DNA of 64,000 nt from Takakia lepidozioides (taxonomy: Eukaryota > Plantae > Bryophyta). Made by a program: the position numbers and the translations under genes. The notes under the pieces were generated by a model, which worked only from the letters and a program-made list of their open reading frames with translations, ran no database searches and was not told the origin of the DNA. The stretch spans positions 15,624,001-15,688,000 of the forward strand of contig CM060732.1 of assembly GCA_030704615.1 (NCBI GenBank). Reading direction: 5' to 3'. The stretch's first letter is position 1. Each line of letters begins with the position of its first letter. This document shows positions 47,901 through 60,103 of the stretch, one piece after another.

Positions 47901-48141
47901 GTCCTTCCGTGATAATTGAAGCCCCCTCCCCCGCAATTTGCCTGTGCAAATTGGGACATCGCGTCCTCAACCGAGATAAGCACTTCTGGAGGAGTGAGGG
48001 TTTTTTCTTGCACGGTCCCGGGTGTGCCCTTATGCACTGTCGGCACAGATGTGCCACATGCTCCGACAATGCCTCCACCCGGTGCCAACTCCCACCCAAC
48101 AAAAGAGATGGAAAAACATGCGCCGTGTTGCTTCGGGTGCA
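44959..48141 (+). CDS. Mutator-type transposase of element B (GCM-like + DDE), truncated by the gap; frameshifts
   Basis: MDKKHDGHPWC...CVGHCKCLNISC...CRFC...HMGAHEH; MFDHCKR; FMADSAQANFNAVRRVF; CLFHW; CNLAETVH. Phase-0 intron at 46980-47115, same position as in element A. Confidence 0.85.
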
Positions 48142-48641
48142 NNNNNNNNNNNNNNNNNNNNNNNNNNNNNNNNNNNNNNNNNNNNNNNNNNNNNNNNNNN
48201 NNNNNNNNNNNNNNNNNNNNNNNNNNNNNNNNNNNNNNNNNNNNNNNNNNNNNNNNNNNNNNNNNNNNNNNNNNNNNNNNNNNNNNNNNNNNNNNNNNNN
48301 NNNNNNNNNNNNNNNNNNNNNNNNNNNNNNNNNNNNNNNNNNNNNNNNNNNNNNNNNNNNNNNNNNNNNNNNNNNNNNNNNNNNNNNNNNNNNNNNNNNN
48401 NNNNNNNNNNNNNNNNNNNNNNNNNNNNNNNNNNNNNNNNNNNNNNNNNNNNNNNNNNNNNNNNNNNNNNNNNNNNNNNNNNNNNNNNNNNNNNNNNNNN
48501 NNNNNNNNNNNNNNNNNNNNNNNNNNNNNNNNNNNNNNNNNNNNNNNNNNNNNNNNNNNNNNNNNNNNNNNNNNNNNNNNNNNNNNNNNNNNNNNNNNNN
48601 NNNNNNNNNNNNNNNNNNNNNNNNNNNNNNNNNNNNNNNNN
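48142..48641. other. Assembly gap (500 N)
   Basis: Run of N. Confidence 1.
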
Positions 48642-51600
48642 GGACTTTGTAATGCACCAGCGACCTTTCCGAGAGTGATAAGTGAATCTTTTCATGAGGA
48701 TCTGGTCTGGATGATTCATGCAGGTATTCTTGGATGATTTCAGTGTTGTACAGCTCTAAGACTGAGCACTTGCATAAAATTGGAGTTATGTTTGGCCAGC
48801 TGCAGGATGAGAGGTTCTGGGCCTGAATCCAGAGAAGTGTACTTTCTGTGTGAACTCAGGGGTGCTTCTGGGACACATTTTGGTGTAAGAAGGGACTCCT
48901 TGTGGATCCCAGAAAGACGAGTCCATTAAAAGCCTCTCTACCACCAGTGAATGTTAAAAAGTCTAACGGAGATTCCTTGGGCAAACCAGTTATTACAGGA
49001 GATTTGTCAAAAGGTATGCACAAATAGCAGCACCATTGAGCAAACTACTGAAGAAAGATGCAGTGTTTTGCCTGGACAGCTGAATGTCAACAGGCCGTTT
49101 GAGGAACTTACCTGTCAGTAACATCTACACCCTGTGCTGATTAACCCTCACTGGCATGTAGTATTCCATGTTCACTGTGATGCATCCGGAAGAAGCATTG
49201 GGCAGCGGTGTTAGCCCCAGAATGTTACAGGGAAATATAGATTCACATGTGTACTATGCACTAGCCGGTTGATGAACAGTGCGAAAGGAACTATAGGCAC
49301 AACGGAAGAGAAGCATTGGCAATGATCTTAATGCAGTGAAGAATTCAGGGGCATTACCTTGGGCAGAAGTTTATTTCTAAAATGGATCACCAGGCTCTGA
49401 TATACCTGGTAAACAAACCTCTGATAAGCGGAAGAATAGCAAGATGGTTGATAATCTTGCACGAGTTTGAGTTCGAGGTTGTTTACAAGCCTGGAGACTG
49501 CATCTTGTGGCTGATCATTTGTCACGATTGTCAACAGGAGAACCAGCCACATGAATAGATGATCAATTACCAGATGCGGTCTCTTTGCATGGAGGTGTAA
49601 GGAAGTGCAGATGACTGGTTAGATTGGCAGTGGCCAATCAGATACTACCTTGCTCATGGTCGTGCCCACCTAGTTATGGTAAGGAGCAGAGGAAGAGAAT
49701 CGCTATCAAAAGCTTTACCTTATACATGGTAGGAAGCAAAATGTATAAGTAAGACCTGATGGGTACTAAAACGATGCTTGTACCACCATGAAGTAAATAA
49801 AGTTTTGGCGGAAGTTCATAAAGGAGTGGCTGGAGGTCATTTTGGAGAAGAGACTACCAGTAGGAAGATACTACTCGCAAATACTGGTGGCCTACTTTGT
49901 TCAAAGATGTACACGAGTATTGTCAAAAGTGTGATGAATGTCAGAGGCTAGGACCTTTGCAGAGATCTGGAAGATGGCCTTGCCATCCTACAATGCCTAC
50001 GGAACCATTTCAGAAATGGGGACTAGACTTTGTTGGACCAATTAAACCCAAGCCATCCAATAATACACAACGAAACATGTACATAATTACAAAAAACAAA
50101 AACACACTGATTTATCTACAAGTGGGTGGAAGCTAAAGCTTTGAGACAACACAGCCAAGTCCACAGCAAGGTTCCTGTACGAGAACCTACTTACCAACGA
50201 TTGGGCTGTCCTTAGAATTTAATCAGTGATCAGGGAAGTCACTTCATGAATGAGACCATTGAGTTGTTACTAAAGAGTTCATGATTGTGCAATGAAGAAA
50301 GAGTACAACATATTACCCCACAGGGTAATGGGCAGGCAGAGGCTACCAACAAAATACTATGTACTATCTTGGCTAAGATAGTCAATGCAACAGAACGGAT
50401 TGGGATACAAGTGCTGACAGCTTTGTGGTCATACATGACTTCATATACGTCACCACTAAGTACTACACCATTCCAATTAGTTTATGGTATGGAGCCTTAC
50501 TTCCAGTGGAATTCCTGTTACTACCATGAGATGGAGTGGGGAAATAGATGGAATTGCAAGACTCCATCAAGGTCAGGAAACATGAATTATACCATGTGAA
50601 GAAGTACCCGTGCTGATGCACCTAGAATATGACCAGAATTCAGATGAAGCGAAAGAACAGTTTGATGAAGGCAAGTTAAAGACTTTTAAGACGGGGGATT
50701 TGGTTCTATGGTTGCAGAAGAAAGGAAAGATTCAAGCTTCTAAGCTTAAATACCATGGAAAGGAACCTTATGTCATACAAAAGATGTTGATAACAACACC
50801 GCCATGTTTACAAACCATTAACAAAGAAATGCTGGGAAAGTCAATGCCAATAAGTTGAAGGGGTACAGTGGTATCCATGACAAACCCTTGCAGCATGATT
50901 TTGCATGTTTGAACCGCAGAGCAGTCACCGGCTGCACCAGTGTTACGAACGGAGTAATGGAGCACTTGTCGCTAGGCACAGCATATATGACCAGGGCGGG
51001 CAAAACAAATGTACCCAGCCTTCACACTATCACAAGCCCATCAAAGACGTGACACAGCCTATCACAGCCCATCAAGGCAAATCACACCTATCACAAAGCC
51101 CATCACAACGTGACACACTGCCTATCACACACAACATCATCACAAAGCCATCCCAGCACGTCTCCCACATCCTATCACAACTACACAACAACCAACCGCA
51201 CATTCTACCCACATGTCACAGCCTACACACTTACCACAGGCATCCAGTCCCCCCCCCTCACACAGCCTATCACAGTATCCCCAGCGTAACCACACAGTAA
51301 TGTCACACCAAAGCCTGTCAGCTCAACACAGCCTACTAGGGTTACACGATCCATAGAATCAGTGACAGGTGGACGCATAATAACTTCAGGAAATGGCTGA
51401 CGAAGGAAAACGGAAATTAGTTTTAAAAATAGCCGTGGAGGTCAGGGCCGCGACACACAGCTGAGAAGGAAGTACAAGAACACAGTGTCATAAAGAAAGA
51501 GGACAAGAACGGCCGTCAAAAGGGATGAAAGGCGGGCCATTAATGAATACGGAAAAAGGGAAACGGAACGAAACGACAAGTACAGAAAAGCAAAATTCTT

Positions 51601-54600
51601 GTCACATGTGTGATCCTAGTGGACTATCCAGTAGAGAAAGTCCACTAAAGAAATAAAATCTAAAATCCAGTCCCAAGCGGATACAGCCAATAGAAAACCA
51701 GAGAAAGGATCAAGAAAATGGAGGGAAATTGAGCGCAAGAGGCGGCGTCGTTCTGAGTTTTACGGGCGTCTCGACGGGACAGACCATCATGCTATAGCTT
51801 GGAAACTATGGAGGAACTAACAGACTATACGCTCGCAATATTATTACGCAGTGGCATAGACACGAAAGACAGAGCGGAGCTTTTCTCTTGAGCGATGCTT
51901 GCAAGCCCCGCAGGCTTACAAGAAATTACCCATAGCTTTCTGTGGCAACCATACGTTTATGCTTTGTGCACTACACAGCATTTCCTGCAGTTGTTACAAC
52001 CGCCAAACAGTTCTGTGATCTAAAATGAAGAGAGTGAGATGAATGGAGAAATCAGGGTGAAGAGCACCACATTCTGCAAACAACAATTGCTACCCCCACA
52101 GGCGATACAGATACTGGAGGAGCTGAGATTGCAAGATTGCAAAGCCTAGATTGGACATTACACCATAGACAGTACATTTACAATTTTTGCAGAACTTTGA
52201 GCCAAGGACAGGAACAACAACGGTGAAAGGGAGTTGAATTGATGATTACTCCCCTATACTCCAGCAATTGTTTCGATTGCCCAGCAGGTCAGGTGCATGT
52301 GAGGAACACAGGGCAAGACTGCAAATAGGGGACTTATTCCAAGAAGGGATTTTCTTTAAACTCAGGGTTATGCTTGTACCAAGGCTGTGTACCCAGGCTA
52401 AAAGAGGTAGGCCAGGTATTAACTTTCTGATTGCCATGAACACAGAACCAACAGTATTGTGAGCAGATCCTTCACGGAGGAAATACTCAAAGGCCCTGAA
52501 AGGGACAAGAAGTACCATGGGCGGACATAATGTACAACGCACTGGTTAGGAGAATGAAAAGATTACAAGGTACTACCGCAAAGTCTCATATCATAGTGTC
52601 TGGCCAATCATTGCTCAAATAATCCTTGATTCTGGCATACTTGATGCGCAAGAAAAAGGAAATGGGGTGTTTGAACCAGAAACCACTGCAATGGAGAGCA
52701 AGGCTCTTCACACCAGTGAGGGTGGACTAGCAGGGCAACCCGAGACTAAAAGGCAGAGACGGGGAAAGACTGTAGTGGCGGATCCACTGGCTTCAACGGA
52801 TTCCGCATGATAATGTTTCCCAAGCTCATGTGTAGGAGGGGCACAGCGCACAGAGAAATGTTATTACTGGAGCAGGACCTTCAGAGAGGGAGGAGGAAGT
52901 TACTTCTGTATCACAACCATCACAGCCAGCCGCTGATTGACTTGTCCAAAGGTCACAAGTTGTCCATGCAGCTCAACCAGAAATAATTGATTTGGAAAGA
53001 GAAGGGTTAGATATTCCAACTACAGAACAGATAGTGGCAGAATGGAGAAGGGGGACCTTCTCTATGATATTTTGGTCTGGTCAAGGAGACCGAGATCCCA
53101 GAGGTGCAACAGTTGCCCAAGGAAATCCTGAGGTGCATATAATACACACACCTGTGTCGGAGGTACCACAGGCGGAAGGTCATGACACTGTAGCACCGGT
53201 GATAGATGAAGTGGTTCAGGAAGAAAATCCGGTGGGACAATGGCCTGAATGGTTCGTGAGACATCACACTGTTGAGGATCAGGAGGAACAGCAGCAACCC
53301 TCACCATGATGACCCTCAACAGGCAATGCTGATGAGTTCCATAGGCAGGACACTTATTTTGTTGGGGACTTATGTCAAATCCCATTTCCAACTACCCAAT
53401 TGACAGCCTTGAGAGAGGAACTCAGGAAGGAGTTCGAGGCTTCGACTAGCCACTGAGTGTGCAAACAAGGTCAATGAAGAGGTCACTCTCAAGATGTCAG
53501 GCAGGACTTTGGGAAATACAAAGCGGCTTTGCAATTGGCCAGGAACAATTGATTGAGGCAGGCCTCGCGCAAGACCAGTTGCACGAAGCACATAAGCAAC
53601 AGCTCTACCAAATGCAGGTGCAGCATGAAAGCAGTTGCAAGAAGTGAATGCACTACATACGGAGTTGCAGACAGTGCATGACAGCATGGCGAAAATACAA
53701 TGTGCTACATTCACAACTATGCTTGAACAATCTACAAAAAAATAACAGTCAAGCGGAAAAATGTACGAAGGCAAAGAGAAGAATGTTGAGCAATTGAAAC
53801 TCATTGTCGATATGAAGAATACAATCTGTCGCAATGAGGAGCTTTCAAGCAATACAGGCAGGTTGAAGCTGATCAAGAGAAGCACATTGTGGAGTTGCAC
53901 CAAACGATCATGGCCAATAGAAATGAAATCGCGGTCAATAACAAGGCTTGGAGGAAGCTAATAATCTGGCTGCTGCCTATGCGAAGTTGGTTGAACCTCA
54001 GGCGAAGCGCATGGAGGCTTTACAACAGCAGTTAGAAGTGTACAAGCTAAGAGAGGAGCAAACTCTCAGGGGAACCACAAGCAACTTGGTGGATAACAGC
54101 CTATGCAGGTCTGGTTAGCACAAGGGCCAGTAGAGGGCAAAGCACCACGAAAGCTCACCCAAAGCGAGATGAATGAGCTCAGGCTGCAGGTGCAGAACAT
54201 TGCCACAACTACTATAGACAATGTCTATAGTAGGATAGCAGAGTTACAAGAGGATGTAGACGGACTGCAGACTCAGTGGAGGACCCTCACTTCAAACATC
54301 GACAAAAGAGTCTATATCCCTCAGGAACAGCTAATGCCTTTCTTATTTACAAGCCAAAACTTTGGCTTTTCATTCTTCACGGAGGTGTAGGAGACCAATG
54401 ATACGGAGCCAGTACCACCACCACCACAACAAGTCACTGTACCAGTAGCTGAACCTGTGTTTACTACAACCACACCACAGCCCCACAGCCTAGGTATGGG
54501 GCAATGCTGCTTTTAACCCACCTAAAACTCCAGCTGCAAGGGAGTACAGTAGGGCTATGATTATGCCCTTCAACCCATTTCCCATCATGTTGGATTTGGC

Positions 54601-56567
54601 TTGGAAAGAATTTAGTCCTCCACAGTCATTCGCACATTACTACTACAAATCATGCGTATTTTGGCTGCCAGTGGCAACTAGGACTAAAGTTCTTTCCGAA
54701 CAATCGACATATTGAAGATCCAATCACTTGGCACAATACTGGCACGAGGCAGGTACCATGTTGAGGGAATTGATTGCTTTCCAGTTGTACATGGACTCAT
54801 TTATACCAAGACCAAGGAGGTAGCAAGTATTGTCATGGGATTCGGGTTATACTACGCTGCTTTGTTTTCTGGTACGTTACCACAATTGAGCAACAAAAGA
54901 TGCCAACACGCTTTCTGAGTATTCCAGTGGAGATCATGGGTATTACCTTCGGTGCCACCTCATTGTACCTATATGACCCAAAAGTTATGATGCAAAAGGA
55001 TTCTCAAATTCGTTCATTGTTTCAAGCGCCTGGAACAATTTGTCAACCAGAAATTCGGCATTTGATTTATTCTATAAGGGCATGTGGGCATGGAAATACT
55101 TGACGCTGCACCCAGTATTTGGTACCCCCACTCACCTGGACAGACAAGGAGCTCAGTGTCTACACCAATTTTGCTGTTCACGTACACCAAGTTGTAAAAT
55201 ATAACTTCCAGACATGGTAGGACAGCATTGTATGCCCCAGATGATTCCACAAAAAGTTCAAAAATTAAAACACCTGAGAGGCGATGAGGATCTGATACAA
55301 CTGTTTCTTACACCGAATTCTTTTGACATGGGAGAAGACTATGCATTCAGATGGCGAGAAGAAGAGACGGGGGGTCTCCTATGCCGAAAGGTTACCTCGA
55401 TATCAGCCTCCAGAGTCCTCACTTATCCAGGTAGTGACCAACCATCTCCGTCAACCAGAGACAGCCTAGGCTCGTACACATAGTCCGCCACGAAACTCTC
55501 AACGTCAAAAAGGTGCTCACTCACAAGGTTTGCTAATCGAAATCAGTAAACCGTGAGGACACGGCTTTTGAGGGGGGAAGGGAATGTTAGAGGACTGTCG
55601 GGGACTTAGACCCTTATACGGGATCTGTAGGGTACCCTTAATTTTTGCACAGACTGAGACCAACATAGCCTTAGGGGTGACAGCAGCGCACTGTAGAGGG
55701 GGTTTTACACAGCCCGTCACAGTAGTCACAAGCCGCCAACACACGAAACAAGCCCACCTACACCCCCATCCCTTCACATTCCTCACGCCTACACCATACA
55801 GCCAACACAGCTCTTCACATCTCACTCCACAGCAAGCCTGACAAATCCACATCAAACCAACAACACCGCCCTTCACAGTATTCACACCTCCTACCCCCAA
55901 CCCACCCGTCACTTTCGTCACACACCTTATCACATCCCCCCCACAACTGCTAACCTCCAGCCACATCTCGTTACATTCTTCCCATGTCATACACACACGC
56001 CTCCACCTCATAACCACGCCCGTCACATTCGTCACCACAACCCACTACCTATCCCTCACTAAATCCATCCCCCCTACACACATCCACACCCTCCACCATC
56101 CATTCACACCTCCCTCTACCATTACCACAACACCACACACACATCCAACACCAAACACATCCCTTCTCCATCCATCCCGTCACAGTTTCACACAGCCAGT
56201 CAAGCTTGACCACAGCTGTCACATCATAGGGAACGAGAGCAGGACAGGAACGACTGTGGGGAACAACACCTGCGAAGGGAACATGTTGTTCACAGACGAC
56301 GGTTAGTGAGGGAAACGGTTAGAACCACGGGTAGGAAGATAAAGGGAGTAAGTGGGGAATTTTTGGGGGAGATCATTCGGTGGAGGACTTCTTGGTCATG
56401 GAGGAGAGGGGATCGGGCAGAGATTAAGAATGGAAGTGAAGAGAGAGATGATGAGTAGATGCTGTTATATGGCAAGGCTGTAATGATATTGTAGAGCAAG
56501 ATTAGAGACACAATGGCTTCGCCTGTACCTGATAATCATAATCGGATACTTTTACGATACAATCACA
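48642..56567 (+). mobile_element. Degenerate Ty3/Gypsy non-chromovirus LTR retrotransposon (pol 3' part, long extra region, PPT, 3' LTR)
   Basis: GLCNAPATF (RT), RNase H fragments, CQKCDECQR and FQKWGLDFVGPI, PQGNGQAEATNK (integrase) at 48642-50860. PPT AGGGGGGAAGGGAA at 55571-55584 followed by TG at 55585. LTR end ~56567 is tentative. Confidence 0.8.
51700..55483 (+). pseudogene. Fragmented extra ORF(s) between pol and PPT, with a long E/Q/L-rich coiled-coil-like middle
   Basis: Same-strand ORF pieces (52992-53309, 53459-53647, 53761-53961, 54103-54390, 54712-55483) with coding-like composition. No recognised domain. Confidence 0.45.
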
Positions 56568-56729
56568 CTGTGTAGGAGATCTGAGTAAGCTTTGTGGATG
56601 AATGGATGACGTGATGGAATCCAATAGATTGAAAATCAAATTGATACTTAATTATAAATGGTAAGGTGCTAACATGAATGCCAAAAGGGAACAAATAGAA
56701 ACAACCCCCATGATACACTAGCTGTAGGT

Positions 56730-59700
56730 CATGACTCTGATTGTTCTGCGCGGGCTGAGTACTTAGAGATTTCCACCTCTTCTATCTTGAGTTTCCTCTG
56801 CCTCGAATAGCGAAGGGATGGGTGAGTAAATGGCCGCGCGACAGACCTCTTTCGATCGGATTGGCAGGAGCGAAGTATTTCACATCCGGATCGACTTGCG
56901 TTCCGGCTATCACCCAATTCGGGTGGCGGAAGGATATGAGGAGAAGACCGCGTGCAGGGACAGGTATGGTTTCATATGAGTTCCTTGGTGATGCCTTTTG
57001 GGCTCACCATGCACCAGCGACATTTAGCACCTGATGAACAGCCTTTTCAGGAGTGGTTGGATGACTTTGTGATCGTGTCCATCGACGACATCTTGTGTAC
57101 TCGAAACAAAGGAGGAGCACCTGGAGCACCTCAAAAGGGTGTTCCAGAAATTGCGAAAGGGAAGCTTATGCCAAAGCTATCAAAGTGCGAATTCGGGGTC
57201 ACGAAAGTGGAGTTCTTGGGGGCAGTGATTACAACAGGATTGGATCAAAATGGATGACAGAAAGGTGAGGGCGATCTTGGACTGGGAGCCTCCGACTTCG
57301 GTCCCGGGAGTGCGATCCTTCCTATGACTCGCCTCCTATTACCGGAAGTATGTGACTAATTTCGCCAAGATTGCGTGGCGGCCGCTGTCAGACCTTCTGT
57401 GTAAATCTAAAGTCTGGGCATGGAACACCTTTTGTGGCCAAGCTTTTGCTGAATTGAAGCACGGATGGCGGAAGCTCCAGTCTTTGAAAATCCCGGAGTT
57501 CGATCGTCCATTTGAGATTCTACAGATGCGTCGGACTTCGCGATTGGGGGAGTACTTATCAAGATGGACGTCCCGTGGCTTACGAAAGTAAGAAACTGAA
57601 TGAAGTGGCGACGGTGGCCGACGCACGAAAAAGAATGAAGGCGGTGGTGCATTGCTTTGAGTTTTGGCGCCACTAATGTTGGTTCCAACCCAGTGAAGGT
57701 GTTCACGGACAATGTCACGGGAAGTATTTTGCCACGCAGCCCAAGTTGTCCCCAAAACAACTTAGGTGGCAAGATACTTTGGCGGTGTTCGACGTGAATA
57801 TCCAGTACCAACCGGGACGGCAATGTGGTGGCCGATGCTTTAAGTAGAAAGCAGCAGCTCTTGTTGGTGTACAAGGGCGAGACGGCGCTCCAAAGGAAGA
57901 TCCGGAAGGCTTGCCGGAAGGATGAGCTGACAAAGTCCGTGATGCAGGGACTAGTAATGGGGGTTAAATCGCAGTTCCACTTGCAAAATGGTTGCTCCTC
58001 CGGTATAAGCAAAAGCGTCTCTACGTGCCGAAGGGAGGGATCAAGATAGCCTCTTGAGAGAATGCCATGATAGCCCGCTTGCGGGCACGGCGGAGCCAGC
58101 ACACTGCGGCACTCCTTAAGAAAGAGTATTTCTGTCCCCAAACTGAGGGAGGAGGCAGAGGAGTATGTAAGACTGCACCACATGCCAACAAAAAAACCGG
58201 AGCGAGTACAAAAAGCAAGCGGGGCTGTTACAACCCTTTGCCGATCCAAGGGGACTTGGGAAGCGTCTCGATGGATTTCATGACTGCTATGCCGCTGTCA
58301 AAAGGATTCGATGCAATCATGGTGGTGTGGATAGGTTCAGTAAAATGGGCCATTTCATCATCCCTACCAAGGAGATGGCAACGGCGCAGGAGACATGGCG
58401 AACTTTACTTCGCCCACGTCTTAAAACATCATGGAGTCCCGAAGGATATTGTCTCGGAATCGCGATCCAAAGTTTACGATAAATTTTTGGAGGACACTTT
58501 GGAAGAAGATGGGGACGAGGCTGAAGATGAGCACCGCCTTCCGACCTACGACGGACGGCCAAACGGAAAGAGTGAATTCCGTAGTGAAGCAATTCTTGCG
58601 GATTACGTGTCGGCAGACCAATCAGACTGGATGGAACACTTAGACGCGGCAGAGTTTTTGTTATAATAACACAGAACAACGCCGCAACGGGAGTTTCCCC
58701 TTTCGTATTGGTCTATGGAAATCACATCTGGTGCCGACAAGTTGGGCCGCCCAGGACGTTGAGGAACCGGCGTAGCGGCAGTATTGGAAGAACGCGAGCG
58801 TTTGTTGAAGCTGCAAAGTACAACATTGCCAAAGCTAGGAAACGGTATGAAAGCAGGCAATCGGAAGCTGAGGGAAGTGGAAGTTTGAGGCAAGCACAAA
58901 GGTCTGGTTGAACATCAAGAATTTCCGACTACCTCCTTAAGTGAGTCCAAAGTTCGTACCCCCGTATGCGGGACCCTTTCGCATTCGGAAGGTTTGAATG
59001 AGATGTGTATTAATTGGAGCTGCCGGCAAACAACAAGGTGCACCCAGTATTCCATGTCTCCCTTTTGAAGCCTTACTTCAAAGATGAAGCGCGTCCGAAT
59101 CGGCATCAAGTGTTGCGTCTGCCACCTATGCTATTGGATCATGAAAATGAACCTGAGTAACGAGGTGGAGGCAATACTTAAGTCCAGGAGGTTCAAGAAA
59201 CGAGAACGGAGTATCTCGTCAAATGGAAGGGCTATCATCATGTGGAGGCATCTTGGGTGCGTGCCTCAGAAATGAAAAACAAACGCATCCGAGGCGGTTG
59301 CAGCTTTCGAAGGGCGACCTCAAAAGCGGAAGAAGCGTTGATGGGGACATCAACCTTGGAGCGTGGGGGAGGAAATGCATGCTTAGCCCGGCTTAGCTAG
59401 CTTAGGAATCCGATTGCAAAAAACTTGTATTGTACAAAACGTGCTATAAATGAAATGGATTCCAAATGTTGTGCTTCCTATTTTGTTTGGAATGGTGATG
59501 CATGGAATGGTTGGCTAGTGTGTAGAATGCATGCTAGCTTATAAAAGGGAGAGGTAAATTGGGTTAATCGTGTGTTTGCGTAGTGCCGAAATCGGGTGAC
59601 CCCCATCCAAGGGGCAAGGAAACTTGCGCATTCTTTGGGAGTTCACGTGCTGCAAGAATTGCAGGAATTGAAGAAACTGCAGCTTTGCATTGGGGGGAGC

Positions 59701-60103
59701 ACTGGGCACACGAGGCAGTGGGCAAGGAATGACGCTGGTGCCTGCAATTACAGCCTGTTCATGAAGATCAACATGATCCCGGGCTGCCTTCATACATCGG
59801 AACACATGAGAGGCTGGAAGAAAAGATCATAATGCAGGGGAGCGGACAACAGACGGAAAATAAAAGAAAAATAAAGCAGAAGTCCAGCTGGGAGGCAGAG
59901 ACATCACATCCAGGATATGTTGGATCCACTCTTTTCTGTGCACGTGCCTCCAAAAGCTTGAATATGGAGCCGGAGGCAACGTGCTCCACGAAAGTTGCAT
60001 ACCATCCAGGGTCTTCAAATGCTGGAAATTTGGGTGGAATTAGACCACACTGAAGGAGGTACAATGTCCAAGGTATTGATCCCCGTCATGGGGTTCTACA
60101 TCA
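56730..60103 (+). mobile_element. 5'-truncated Ty3/Gypsy chromovirus (RT-RH-INT-chromodomain, PPT, 3' LTR)
   Basis: LVMPFGLT, SIDDIL, LSKCEF (RT); VADALSR (RH); SMDFMTAMP, TDGQTERVN (INT); EVEAILKSR..YLVKWKGY (chromodomain). PPT GGGGGAGGAAA at ~59365-59375. LTR ~59376-60103 ending TACATCA. Confidence 0.85.

Larger units (their letters stand above)
34286..48141. mobile_element. Element B: diverged second member of the same MULE family (right end lost in the gap)
   Basis: Starts GGGGGGGGTGCTATTCCGTGAGCC with GTGAGCC repeats and CCTATTTCCG x3. Same divergent gene pair as element A with homologous intron positions. Confidence 0.8.

Noticed and set aside
47753-48737. Long ORFs spanning the gap
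   Set aside because: Artefacts of translating N runs.
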